Below, one piece after another: positions 29,101 through 42,299 of a DNA stretch of 64,000 bases. Each line of letters begins with the position of its first letter. Position 1 is the first letter of the stretch. The notes beneath the pieces are model-generated. The model worked only from the letters and a program-made list of their open reading frames with translations. It searched no databases and was not told the DNA's origin. Origin of the DNA: Adineta vaga. Lineage: Eukaryota > Animalia > Rotifera. Both the position numbers and the translations under genes were made by a program. The stretch covers positions 9,982,001 to 10,046,000 of the forward strand of contig CP075492.1 in the NCBI GenBank assembly GCA_021613535.1, given 5' to 3'.

Positions 29101-29231
29101 ATATTCATTTACGAGCAAATAACAATGATCAAATTCATTCAACTCTATTTATTCATGTTAATATTCAACATGATTATACTTACAATAGCGATGATAATGA
29201 TGATGATGATATTATACGTACACGTCTTTAA
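26135..29231 (+). CDS. Phosphoinositide phospholipase C, delta-like (PH-EF-X-Y-C2), paralog 1
   Basis: PH and EF exons; YYINTSHNTYL, RAVELDCYDG..P.VTH, IENHCS, LPSPEDLKYK, RLYPGGLRQDSSN, QMVALNYQ, NGGCGYILKP, C2 NNGFNPVWNE, GYRHIHL. Confidence 0.92.
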
Positions 29232-29384
29232 AGACATATTTTTCATCTGTGATATAGACAGAATAAATAAAACTAAACATTAGAATTATTTTGAGTCTTT
29301 TTTACTCATCTATTTTTATTCTTTGATCAAGATCTTTATCATAGAACGGAAATGCTCTACCTACAATGAAACAAGCAAAAACAA

Positions 29385-30830
29385 TTAAGCAAAAATAGGA
29401 GTCGGAGTTTGAACATGGCCTAATCGTTTTTTCAGATGTTCAACTTCACCACCATATCGACAAACAGCAACACGCATCATTGCAAGCATATTATGTGCTG
29501 CTGTATTATGATCATGTATACCACCATAAAATGCGACAGTCGCATCTTTTCCGACATAACTTTTAATTAATGCTCGACCACCGGGATGTGAACCAATAAA
29601 ATTGCTAACATCATGAATAAAACCGGCAATTAAAACTAATACACGATCATCATCTTTTTTAGCTAAATCTTGATATTCTTCGAATGAAAGTAATGGTAAT
29701 TCTTCATTTCCTTTTGGCCATGTAATACGTTGTCCAAATTCATCTAATGCTTTGCGTGCCATTGTATAACGACCTTTTTGAATTTCATTTTGAGGAAATT
29801 CTTTAAGATTACTAGCAAGTCCAATTCTTCTAAAGAATTGAATTAAACGTTTTGTTGGATCATATTGAAACCATCTAAGTGCATTACGATAATCGGATGG
29901 AAATTCATGGTGAAAATTATGATAACCTTCACCAAGAGTAACAAGAGCTGTTATAAAATGATCACGTGGTGTATGTCGATCATCAAATGGTGCATCACCT
30001 AAATAATGTGCTAAAGAATTAACACAAAATGTTGAATGATGAACGAATACAAGACGAAGAACACCGGCAAAAAAGTAACCACCACGATAGTCACCCCATA
30101 AAAGACCACAAAAAAGAGTTGGAAAAACAAATGCGATGAAGAAAGCTAATGTAAGATAATTACGATGTTGCCATTGAACACTTTTATCACGTGAAAGATC
30201 AGTTACATCAGCTACACCTGGTCTACGACGTGGTTTAAATATTAACCAGCCAATATGTGAATAAAAAATGCCTTTATGTGCACTATATGGATCAAGATCT
30301 GTATCGGTATAACGATGATGAGCTCGATGACCACGCGCCCACCATTGAGCAGAACCTTGAACTGAACCAGCAGCTAAAATTAATAATAAATACTTCAATA
30401 ACGATTTTGCTTCATAAGCTCGATGAGCAAATAAACGATGATAACCAGCTGTAATACCAAAACCAGTTAGAAAATACCATATAATTGTAAAAATAATTGT
30501 TTGCCACATAAATGTTGTTGTAAATAGACCATATATTGCTACAAAAGGTTCCAAACATAATAATGTTGCTTGAGGCCAATTAACATGTTTATACCAATTT
30601 GACCAAGTGATAGGCGGTAATTGAGGTTCGTTTAATAATGTTCGTGCAACATAATTATTCTTAATAAAATCTTCTTGTTCTTCTTCTTCAGATCCATGAA
30701 ATCTATTGAATTTTTGTTCAGCTATTGATGAAGTTTTCTGTTCAATAACTGGAGTCGGTATATCTAATGGTGTTGGGACATATGGCATTGATGTACTAGA
30801 CGTTTTAATTTCGTCAACGATATACACCAT
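29385..30830 (-). CDS. OLE1: Delta-9 acyl-CoA desaturase with C-terminal cytochrome b5 domain (fungal OLE1-type), intronless CDS
   Basis: His boxes GYHRLFAH, HRAHHRYTDT.LDPY and GEGYHNFHHEFP.DYRNA; C-terminal b5 motif IHDVS.FI..HPGG..GKDAT.AF..H. Confidence 0.92.
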   Translation of the reverse strand: MVYIVDEIKTSSTSMPYVPTPLDIPTPVIEQKTSSIAEQKFNRFHGSEEEEQEDFIKNNYVARTLLNEPQLPPITWSNWYKHVNWPQATLLCLEPFVAIYGLFTTTFMWQTIIFTIIWYFLTGFGITAGYHRLFAHRAYEAKSLLKYLLLILAAGSVQGSAQWWARGHRAHHRYTDTDLDPYSAHKGIFYSHIGWLIFKPRRRPGVADVTDLSRDKSVQWQHRNYLTLAFFIAFVFPTLFCGLLWGDYRGGYFFAGVLRLVFVHHSTFCVNSLAHYLGDAPFDDRHTPRDHFITALVTLGEGYHNFHHEFPSDYRNALRWFQYDPTKRLIQFFRRIGLASNLKEFPQNEIQKGRYTMARKALDEFGQRITWPKGNEELPLLSFEEYQDLAKKDDDRVLVLIAGFIHDVSNFIGSHPGGRALIKSYVGKDATVAFYGGIHDHNTAAHNMLAMMRVAVCRYGGEVEHLKKRLGHVQTPTPIFA

Positions 30831-32579
30831 TGTTACACTATGTTGTAATTCGACTCTTAGTTAATAATCTGAAAAATAGAGTGTTATAGACAAATAAAAA
30901 TAATTGATTTTTATATGAAGCATTATCTGAGACAACGGGAAAAAGAGAAAGATAACATTCTTCAGATGTTTTGATAAAAATACAAATAGAAAAAAAAGAC
31001 GAGATACAGTCTTTATCAATGCCGTTTAACCTGGCTAATAAAAATGCTCTTAACCTATTAGATCTTCGTCATCATTACTGAAATAAGTTTTATTTTTGTT
31101 TATGTCAATTTGAAATATGAAAAGGTAAACTAAGTTCATTTTTCAATATCAAACGAATGACATGACGAAAGTTTACTCTTGATGATAAAACTCGAGATAT
31201 TTTTATCTACAAAAATTATCAATACCTTGAACTTACTTACAAAAATATCGAATTGTTTTTTTTGGATCGTCATTTTGACCTAGATTTGCTGATGAAGATA
31301 TTGAGAGAGAGAGAAGAACCCGAATAGAGGAACAAAAAGAATATATTTATTTTATATATAACGATTATATCAGTAGAAATATCTAAAAACGAACCTCTTT
31401 TCTACATCTAAAATAGAGTGTATCTATCGATAAATTCTTACAATTAGTTCTACATGTTTTTTCAATTTCCATCGGCCCCTTATTTCTGTTCTCTCGGTTT
31501 TTTTTCTTCTTATTTTCTATTTTTCTTGACTCCATTCTGCTCTCCAACCCTCCTTTAATCACCCTTTACGTCGTCATCAGCATACATAGACGAGTAAAAG
31601 TACCCACTATTTATTTTCTTACGAACGTGAATAAATTATGGAACGTATATCTACGTAGTCGATTTTTTCGACAAATTATTCATAACTCATTTCTCTATAT
31701 AATCATATATACATTCTAGAACTATCTAATGACGCGATTTGAAAAGCAAAAAAAAAGAAACGTTTTCTTAAGTAAATAAGAACACACAAAAGAAATAACA
31801 TTCCTTTGACCTCTGAAGCTTTTCACCATTAAATTTGTACTCAAACGTTTATTTTCTATAATGAAAGATCAATATTGTAATTTCAACACGAATCAAATAA
31901 GGATAAACAGACACGTTCATCTGATTATTACAAATGTGTAATTTATTCATTCTAAAACTAGAATATGTCATATAGAAATAATTATTCACGAAATAGTTTG
32001 ATAGGACCAGGACAAAAATATTAACGAGAGGACTGGATCATGCACTGATTTAATATCTTCATGTAATTTGCTACTCTAAGAAGAACAAAAGAACATTGAT
32101 GAAATAATGAGTATACTAGAAAAAAGATTACCTAGTCTGTCTCAGCTATGCTAAAAGTATGAAAGAAAGTTTCACGTGTTAAAAACTGTTGTTTTATTTT
32201 TCTATAGATTGATTGAAAAAAAAACGGATAGTATCGATACAAACACGATCTATTCGTTATGAAGAACTTTATCAGCAAACGTTTAGGACTCCTACCAATT
32301 AATAAATTCTACTACAAATGTTAACATCTTGTACGTCTTTTATCTGCACAATGATTTTTGTAATAATAGCATGTTGAATGACACCACACTTCATGAATAT
32401 GATAAATAAATAACATTGGAAGATTCTCATCATGTTAGTGCCTGAGAGCGACCTCTATCATGTAGCAAATATATTATTATTGGCTTTAACAAACGATAAT
32501 AAAAAACAAAGAAATTACGTCTAGTACACAAAAGAAGATTGAATATTCTAGTTTCAACTCATTTGATCAATTTTCAATC

Positions 32580-35118
32580 ATGACTGATACTCTTTCGAAA
32601 AGTTTAAAATCAACTGAACATGAATTATCATGGGCTGGCCGAGGTTTAAAAGCAGATAAAGCTGAAGATGGTAATTTTCATCAGTACATTTCCCATTGTG
32701 TATAACAAAATTTTCTTTTTTAGTCAAAGATTTATGTGATGAAATTGATCAATGTCAAGAGTTAGTTGCTTTACGTCTTGAAGGAAACACAATTAATGAA
32801 GCAGCAGCGACAGACATTGGTAAAGCAATAGAAAAACATAGTGAAATTCAAGTAAATAATTTATTTATTTCTTATCAAATACTTTATTTCGTATCTTAGC
32901 GTCTTATTTGGAATGATTTATTCACAACTCGATTGAAAACGGAAGTACCACCATCATTGGTATGTTTCAATTTCTTTTGATTAATCATGAAAAAATGTTA
33001 TTTCTTTTGAATAGATTAAATTAACACAAGGCTTAATAACTAATGGTTGTCATATTGTTGAAATTAATTTAAGTGACAATGCATTTGGTCCAATCGGTGT
33101 TGAAGGTCTTAAAACATTTCTTTCGTCATCAGCTTGTTATACACTTGAAGAACTACGTCTAAACAATTGCGGTATGGGTATTGGTGGTGGAAAAGTATGC
33201 GAAAGAAATTTATTCGATTGAATATACAGAACTTTATGTATAATTTTAGCTATTGGCTGAAGCATTAATTGCATGTCATAAGAATAGTGGAGGTAAATTT
33301 GCTTTGAAACAATTTGTTGCCGGTCGAAATCGATTGGAAAACGAAGGTGCACAAGCATTATCGAAAGCATTCGAAGTAAAAAATTGATAAAATGATATTT
33401 CATTTTTCTAATAAGTTGTCTTTGCATTGTTATAATTATTATTATTAGATTATTGGAACATTAGAAGTTATTCGTGTACCACAAAATGGTATTCGTCCAC
33501 CAGGAATCGAAGCATTAGCAAATGCATTTGTACAAAATCAAAATTTACGTATTATCGATTTGAATGATAATACTATTACATTAGCTGCTGGAAAATTAGC
33601 ATCAGCTATTGAAAATCTACCTCAATTGGAAATACTTAATCTTGAATCATCATTAATTCGCACACTAGGTGCAAATGCTCTAGCTCGAGCGATTGGTTCA
33701 CATAAAAACCTTCAAGTAATCATTTCTTGAAAAAAATTATCTTTTTTGTTTTGCTATACTATAGCATGAACTGATTTATTTAGGAATTATATCTGGGATG
33801 CAATGATATGCACACGGAAGGTGCTATGGAAATAGCACATGCAGTAAAGAATATGTCAACATTGAAAGTTTTAGATTTGAATGGTTTGTATTTCTTGTTT
33901 AAATCAATTCATCTGTAAATGAAAAGAAATTTATTGTAGGTAATTGCTTTGGTCCGGATGGCATCGATGAAATTCGTGCTGTACTTGAAAATACGAAATT
34001 TATTAGTCAAATGGTTTTTAGGTAGAAAAAATTACTTTTACTGAAGTGAATGAAAGAATTTTCGTGTTTTAATTTGTAACAGTGATGATGAAGGTAGTGA
34101 CGAAGAAGAAGAAGAAGAAGAAGGAGAGGAAGGAGATGAGAACTATGAAGATGAAGAAGAAGATTATGAAGAAGAAGAAGAAGGTGACGAAGATTATGAA
34201 GATGAAGAAGGTGACGAAGAAGATGTTGAATCTCCATCATTCTTTTTTGGTCAAAATTCGAATCAACAACCAGCACGGAATAATTTTCAATTTGGTTCCA
34301 ATAAAACAACGCCAGCACAACCAGAATCTGTCAGTGATTTATCCAGTATGATAGCAAATTTTAATGTTTGTTCACCATTCAGTTTTGGTACACAATCGAA
34401 AATTGAAGTAATTTCAATCTACATTGTCCTTTCCTTCATTCATTTCCTCTTTGTAGACGAACGCAAATAAATGGACATCATTTGCTAATCTCGAGAAAGT
34501 TAAAGAATATTTAAAAGTTCGTAATTATAATCAAAGTAGAGATCAATGTCTAATCAATTTCTATTCTATTTAGAATGATGATCAATCAACTCAACGTGCT
34601 GTTGAATTACTTGAAGAAATGTGGAATGATAATTCTGTTTCTCAAAACGATACTTCTTCAATTGCTAGTAAGAACATTTTCCTCATTATCTTCTTTGTTC
34701 ATTCATACGTACATTCTCTTTAGCCAATACTTTGACAGCATTAACATTCACACCGGATAGTGAACGTAATTTTAATGAACGATTACTCGTTACATTAGGT
34801 TTTGTTAAAGTATGTATTACTTTCATGTTTATGCAAAATATGGAAACTGTTGTTTTGATTTAGGATGAACAAACAGGACGTCAACGTCGAACAAGCAATC
34901 AACGTGATCGAATCTTTCGTACACTTGTCGATATTAATAAATCGTTACCGAAATCAACAAAAAATCTACTTTCTGTTTTTCTTCAAAATACTCCGTAAGA
35001 TTATTTTTCATATTGAATATTTCAATTGAAAGTTTTCTCATTTTTTTGTAGGAACGACAAAAATCAATCTTTATCTCCCGAAATGAAACAACAATTATTA
35101 TCAGTTTTGAAAGGATAA
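32580..35118 (+). CDS. RANGAP1: Ran GTPase-activating protein 1 (LRR + acidic tract + C-terminal domain; multi-exon)
   Basis: [60 protein letters not shown]; acidic tract 34083-34230; LGFVKDE. Confidence 0.92.
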
Positions 35119-35285
35119 TAAAACATTCTCTCTTTTCTTTTTGTCTTTTGCTCACTGTCTTGTATCTATTTTTGTTACGAACTTTAAACAAGAAATAGAT
35201 GATGAAATATGAACTATTCTTGTCTTTCTTTCTTTCTTTCTTTCACTATTTTGTTTTCTGGTGTTGTATATTTGAAGATAAAAAA

Positions 35286-36335
35286 ATGTTAAAACGACTT
35301 TTTACGAATCAACTGATGATTTCGTCACGTTTTCTATCACAATATTATTCGAAAAAGAAAATTCTCGTACCGACTAGACTCGGGTATGACATTTGAATAA
35401 AACTAATGAAGGAACCTATTTCAATCTTAAACGTTTTTGTCAGAAAATTAAAACAGACGTGTCAACAACTTCGATTGTGATTAGAAAGAATAGAGATAAC
35501 TATCTTTTGCTCATCAGTATCGATTTGATTCAAAGTATAAATGAGTGTCTTGAATATAAGCGCAAACTGATTGAATTAGGTTCCTTCATTAGTAAAATTA
35601 ACTTAAACATTTTGGTTTAGTTTATTTTTCTTAGTGTTACTCCAGGTAATCAACATTTAGAAGTGAATCTATTCGATGAAGAAAACAAACAAGCACTTGG
35701 TCGAATGTTATTGATAGAAGCTCAAAAATTAGCAAAATTTCGTGAATTAATTCTTGTTCTTTTCGATGAATCTCATGATCCACCTGATGTTCGATTAATG
35801 ACTGGAAAACAATTAGCACAAGTACGTGATGAAACACGTGCAAATAAGAAACAAGAAGTATCGAACGATAAAATTACTGATTTCGTTGTACGACTTCGAG
35901 CAAATATTGCTGAAAAAGATTTATTAACAAAATTAGGACAAGCAAAAGCAGCTTATGCGAAAGGATCTAGTATTCGATTTTCATTAGATTTTGGACATGC
36001 GATTGATGAGAAAGAAACCGCAAGATTGGTAAGTAATATGAAAGACATTAAAATAAAATAGTATTGAATAAAAAAACAATTTCTTCTAGGCTGCACGAAG
36101 CAATGAGCAAAAAGACTTTCTTGAACGATTGAAACCATATTTTGAAGAATTTTCGAAAGTTCACACCAATTCTAAAAGTACACGTTCAATTATTTTAATT
36201 GTCCCATCAAAACTACAAACAGAAAAACCAACGAAAAAACAAGAAACAACTACTGCAACACAAGACATGCAGTCAAAAGATGAGAATAATAAACCTCCGA
36301 CATCTTTTCAACATAAACGCAGAAAGTCTGTGTAA
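35286..36335 (+). CDS. MTIF3: Mitochondrial translation initiation factor IF-3 (3 exons)
   Basis: Presequence MLKRLF..SSRFLS; VNLFDE..LGRM...EA..LA...L.LV....PPDVRLMT (IF3-N); IAEKDLLTKL....KG..IRFSL (IF3-C). Confidence 0.75.
35403..35592. mobile_element. MITE-like non-autonomous DNA element in MTIF3 intron 1
   Basis: 24-bp terminal inverted repeats (CTAATGAAGGAACCTATTTCAATC 35403-35426 versus 35569-35592, one mismatch) flanked by a direct TAAAA repeat (35398-35402 and 35593-35597). Confidence 0.75.
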
Positions 36336-36416
36336 CATTTGCTTTTCCTTATCAACCTTAAATTTCCGTTTCGTTTTTCTTTGTTGAAAATGTTTTTCAA
36401 TCTTCATATTTTCTAG

Positions 36417-37890
36417 ATGATCATTCTAAAACGTAATCTTCTCCGTTCACCTATTCAATATTTCTATCGTACAAATAGTACGAACCCTCAAAAGAAGTCC
36501 AATCCATTCAATATTCAATATGATCCAATCAAACAAACAATAATCTATCCATCTGACTTAGTCATCAATAATCAGACATATCCAACTGATTCATGGACAA
36601 ATGTTAGTCCACATATTCTTTCACGTATTGGCCAAAATTTACATCAACATAAACATCATCCACTTAATCATTTAACTAATCGTCTTCGTCAATATTTCTA
36701 TCAGCAATATGATCCAAGAAAATTATCACCGAAATTTTCAATCATTGATAATCTTTCACCTATTGTAACTGTTGATCAAAATTTTGAATCTATATGTATT
36801 CCGAAAGATCATGTTAGTCGAACGAAATCAATGAATTATTATATCAATCAAAATACACTTCTTCGAGCACATACATCTGCTCATCAAGTTGATTTAATAC
36901 GATCCGGATTGAATGCATTCTTATGTATTGGAGATGTTTATCGACGAGATAGTATTGATCCAACACATTATCCTGTTTTTCATCAATGTGAAGGTGTACA
37001 ATTATTCAATAAAGAACAATTATTTGTTGACAATCGAAATGTTCGAGGTGACAAAGATCATTTAGAGATTTTCAAATCGGATGGTAAGAAAATAAAATAA
37101 ATTGAGTAGTAAAATAGATTGTAGTTCAATTAATGATACAAATATTCAGTATATGCTATAGAAGTTCTAGTGATTTATTGGTTATTTAGAACATCGTGAT
37201 GTAACTAAACAAGAAGGGCATACTCTTGAAGCAGTGAAATTAGTTGAAGCATCATTAAAACAAACGATTACGGATCTATTTAAAAGTCTCTTTCCAAATG
37301 CAGCAACATTAAATTCGCGTTGGGTCGATGCAACATTTCCTTTTACGCATCCGTCATGGGAATATGAAATTGAAATTAATGGTAAATGGTATGAATTACT
37401 TGGATGTGGTATTATAGAACAACGTGTCTTAGAAAATAGTGGATTAGGTAAAGATTATATTGGTTGGGCATTTGGTCTTGGTTTAGAACGTATTGCAATG
37501 ATTATGTATGATATACCAGATATTCGTTTATTTTGGTCAAATGACTCAGGTTTTCTATCACAATTTGCATTCGATGATTCGACACGTTCAGTTCAATACA
37601 AACCCATTAGTATTTATCCTCAATGTATCAATGATTTGTCGATGTGGTTGGGTAAAACAAAAGTTGATCCATTAGATTTCTATGATCTAGTTCGTTCAAT
37701 TGCTGGTGATCTTATTGAACAAGTGATGTTAACTGATGAATTTTATCATAAGAAAAAAGATCGACATTCTCAAACCTATCGTATTATTTATCGTTCTCCA
37801 GATCGAACATTAACAAAGAATGAAATCAATATGATACATAAAGATATTGAACATCATTGTAAACAGCAATTCGGTGCTGAAATTCGTTAG
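36417..37890 (+). CDS. FARS2: Mitochondrial phenylalanyl-tRNA synthetase (2 exons)
   Basis: LH..HHPL, LLRAHTSAHQ, GDVYRRD.ID.THYPVFHQ, FPFTHPSWE, GWAFGLGLERIAM...IPDIRLFWS, C-terminal FDX-ACB domain. Confidence 0.96.
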
Positions 37891-38014
37891 ATAAAAGTAT
37901 TTCTAAATATAAATATGAGTTTGACGATATATATATATATACTCATTTGTTTTAGCTTTTCTAGAATAAAAGATTTTCGGAAAGAAAATTAATTTGATTT
38001 GTGTATTCTTTAAG

Positions 38015-38969
38015 ATGAAATCTTTATCTCTAGTATTACTTCAGATTGTTTCACCTTTATTTCATCTACGTTATTATTCAGCACTAAAAATGAGTAATAT
38101 TCAAATAGAAACAGTTCTTGTGCGTGATGATGGAGAATTCTTTCCGAATAATAATCAATTACCAGTAATTGTTTATCGACAAGTATTTGATAATAAATCA
38201 GTCTCTGCTTCCAATTGGGAGCAGTTATTTAAACAGAATAACTTTGGAAAATCATGGCGTGATGGTATATTTACTTATCATCATTATCATTCAACTGCTC
38301 ATGAAGTATTAGGATGTTATGCTGGTCATGCTCGTGTACGATTAGGTGGAGATAATGAGCAAGTACGAAAAGATGTGGAATTAAATGCAGGCGATTGTAT
38401 ATTAATTCCAACAGGTGTTGCACATAAAAATATAGGACAAGATTCGGAATTTGGTGTAGTTGGAGCATATGATTTAGATGGAAAAAGTTATGATATGAAT
38501 TATGGAAAGAATGCCGAAGAAAGACGAAAAGCAGAAGAAAACATGAAAAAGGTAATCAATTAAACTTAAATAAATATGAGATTTAGAAAGAAAAAACGCT
38601 AGATTAACTTTCTCATAAATAAATACAGTAATCCTTCCATAATATTCGATAGTTTTGATTTGAAACGAATGAATCTTTTTCATATCGTTTAACTTTAACC
38701 CGATGTTTTATTATTTCATCATTTCATCTCACTAAATCATACACATTAAACATTGTTGATATATATATGTGATGCTATTTCTTCTGCAAACAATTTGATG
38801 ACCTTTAAATTATGTTTTTTTTTCTTGATTCGACATACACATAATTACAAGGTGAAAATGTTGTAATTAACAGGTAGAAGTCCCACGAATCGATCCAGTT
38901 GTTGGTGAAAATGGTGGTTTGATTCAATATTGGAAGAAGAAGAATAATAATAATCATCATGAAACATAA
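38015..38969 (+). CDS. YjlB-like cupin protein (exons 38015-38551, 38874-38969)
   Basis: PNN..LP.IVYR, WRDGIFTYHHYHSTAHEVLG, LGG, AGD.ILIP.GVAH, VVGAY and terminal-exon DPVVG..GGL..YW follow the microbial YjlB cupin pattern. Confidence 0.8.
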
Positions 38970-39202
38970 TGTTTATATTTTTTGTAATCGAAAAAAAAAG
39001 AAAACGTATCGATTTTGTATCTTCCTTTTTTCTTTTTCGTTCGTTCGTTCGTTTATTCTCGCTATTTGTCAGACTGATTTCATACTGCTATTATTATGAT
39101 ATGCAAGAAAACCTACACCATATTCGCTTCATTTACTAATAAACATCGAAAAAAAAGAAACGTATATTAAATGCACTAAATAAAACTTTTTTCTGCACAA
39201 CT

Positions 39203-42200
39203 ATGGACGATACGAAATGGCAAAGGTTAGCTGAATGATTAATTGAAATATCGTTAGATAATTGTTTGTTTTAGATTAATGAGTACTGATTCATCTGATT
39301 TAACGGAAACTCAAAAATCAAATCTTCTCGATGGTCTTAAACGTCGAGTGACATTCATTAAATATAAACGTAATGGCCGAACTTATTCGCGAATCTATTA
39401 TCTTGTTCTAGCTGAAGATGCTATCCATTATCGAGGATCAACACATTCCAAGCGTGAAGCATGTATGAAATAGTTACCATTATTTATAAAATAGAAACAT
39501 TATTTTCTCTTCTTTTTTTTTCTTTTGTTCAGGTAAAGTTAAAGATATTGATCAAGTTCGTCCTGGTTTTACAACTGCTGTTTGGAAAAGATGTTTAGAC
39601 AAAGGCAAAATCACATTGAACAAAGCTCATATGGCGTTTTCGATTCTCTACGATAATAATCGACATTCTCTTGATTTATTAGCTGATTCAGAAGAAATTC
39701 GTTCACAATGGATTCAAGGTTTAGAATATTTAATTCATCGTTATCGTTCACATGTTCGTTCACATTATGAAATAACCGATCGTTGGCTTTGGTCATTATT
39801 TTCTGAAGCTGATCGTGATCATTCTGGACAGTTAAATCGTCGTGAAGTTCGTCGACTTCTATTTCTACTTAATATTGAATTAGATGAATTCGAAGTGAAT
39901 AAATATTTTAATTACGCAAATATTCGAGCGACCAATCATGAAGAATTAAGAAATTTAGATAAGGATGAATTTATTTCATTCTACAAATTCATTTCATATC
40001 GACCAGAATTAATTAAAATTATCTGTCAGTAAGTATTCATTTTCGGAAAATCAATATAGAATTTAAATTTTAATCATTCGTTAGATACAATGGTAGTACT
40101 TTGGAACAGATGACTGAACTTCTTTCTAACTATACAATTCTTTCCAAATTATCACATATGAATCCACTCGAACAACCACCAGATGTTTCTACAACTCGTT
40201 GTTGGAAATCTTCAACAAAAAGTCCTTCATCAGGAAAGAATCAACACGGAAAAATCTCAGCAAAAACTTCATCCAATCGATCACCATCAACTACGAAAAC
40301 GATTCATAAGAATAATTATTTAACTGTTGAACAATTTCAGAATTTCTTACAAACAGAACAACATATGAAAGGTATAACCATCGAAGATTGTTCAAAATTA
40401 ATGGTGAAATTTGAACCATCAGAAGAAGGATCGAAATATGAAGAAATCGGTATTGATGGTCTTCGATTATTTTTACTTCATGATGAATTTTGTTTAATGA
40501 ATGCCGATAAAGCACATCGAATTTATCATGATATGACACGACCAATTACGGATTATTTTATAGCTACATCCCATAATACGTAATTATTCATTTCGATAGT
40601 TTTATATAGTGATAGATGTCATGTTTGATCTTCTTAGTTATATTCGTGATAGTCAAGTGTATGGTGATTGTACACCTGAAACATTTATTCATGCTTTACG
40701 AACTGGTTGTCGTGCTGTTGAAAGTAAGTTTTTGTTTTTCTAATAAAATGATTTCTATTTTATTCAATTAAAGTGGATTGTTATGATGGTGATGATGGAG
40801 AACCAATTGTATATCATGCAAATACATGGACGAATGCAATTACCTTACATGAAATTCTTGTTGCTATTGAAACACAAGCATTTGCCGTTTCTCCGTACGA
40901 GAATTTTACGTGTTTCTATTTCGAAAATATGTCGATATCTCTATTTATTGTAGATATCCACTCTTTCTCAATATGGAAAATCATTGTTCATATGAACAAC
41001 AAGGAGTTATGGCAAGGCACTTAAAAAATGTCTTCAAAGGTATTTATCAATTATATGTTTCGTTCTTTTTCTTATTATTGTTATAGATCGTCTCTTAACC
41101 AAAGCATTAAAAAGTAATTTTGATAGATTACCATCACCAGAAGATTTGAAATATAAAGTGATTGTTAGGGTAATGATTATTATCGTTTTCTTACATATTT
41201 TCACTAAAGAATTCGAATAAAATAGAGTCGAAAATATCCAAAAGGTAAAGTACCAGCTGATCCAAAATCTAATCGAAGTAACGATGAAACTGAACCAAAT
41301 CCAAAAGTATTTAATCAATCTATTTCTTACGATATTCGAAATTAAATATGTATATTTTTAGAGTTATCATCCTGATTTTTCGAGTTTGATTATCTATGCT
41401 GAGATCGTTTCCTTTACAAATATTGATCATACAATATCCACACGTAAAAATTCATTGATTAGTTTTACGTTTCATCTAATACCTTTGTTTATATTCAATA
41501 GAGAAATGTTTTCATTCCATCTCATTCAAAGAATCAAAAGCGGATGATTTTATTGAAGCTAGTCCACCTGAACATTTAGATTTAATCAAATTATCAAACA
41601 AACATTTAGTACGAGTTTATCCCGGAACAATACGACAAGATTCAAGTAATATAAATCCTGTTTCATATTGGACTTATGGTAAGACTATATTTGAATAAAA
41701 ACAGAGAGAGAGAGAGAGACAGTGAAACATTCATTTTATTAGGTGTACAAATGGCTGCACTTAACTATCAAAAAAATGATGAAGCTATGTGTCTTCAACA
41801 TGGATTCTTTATTGATAATGGTGGATGTGGTTATTTACTCAAACCATCATTTTTACTTTCGGATAATTCAACATTTGATCCAAAAGAAACAGTTTATAAG
41901 AAAGCGAAACGTATCAAACTACATATCATCAGTGGACAACATTTACCAAAAGAAAACGAATCTCAAAATGATTCGGATGTAGCCGATCCTTATGTTGAAA
42001 TCAATACATATGGTATTGAATGTGATTATACCAAACATCGTACACCTTCTGTACGAAATAATGGTCTTAATCCTATTTGGGATTATAAATTTCATGTTGA
42101 TATTTATTGTCCAGAATTATGCCTAATTAAATTTCAAGTGCGTGATGAAGATCGACATGGTGGCTCATCATTTCTTGGTCAAGCTTGTTATCCATTCACA

Positions 42201-42299
42201 GCACTTCAACTTGGTTATAGACATATGAAATTAAAAGCTAAAGATGGTGATTATACTCATGGAACCATATTTGTTCATATTAAAATTGAAGACTTATAA
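39203..42299 (+). CDS. Phosphoinositide phospholipase C, delta-like, paralog 2 (multi-exon)
   Basis: PH (SLDLLA....WIQGL), EF-hand ADRDHSGQL, DMTRPITDYFIATSHNTY, GCRAVEMDCYDG..EPIVYH, MENHCS, RVYP..RQDSSN, QMAALNYQ, C2 NNGLNPIW. Confidence 0.92.

Noticed and set aside
30900-32560. Possible transposon remnant between OLE1 and RanGAP1
   Set aside because: No TIR/TSD or transposase motif could be identified.
34082-34351. Poly-Lys/Met ORF and antisense Leu/His ORF
   Set aside because: Alternative-frame shadows of the RanGAP1 acidic GAA/GAT tract.
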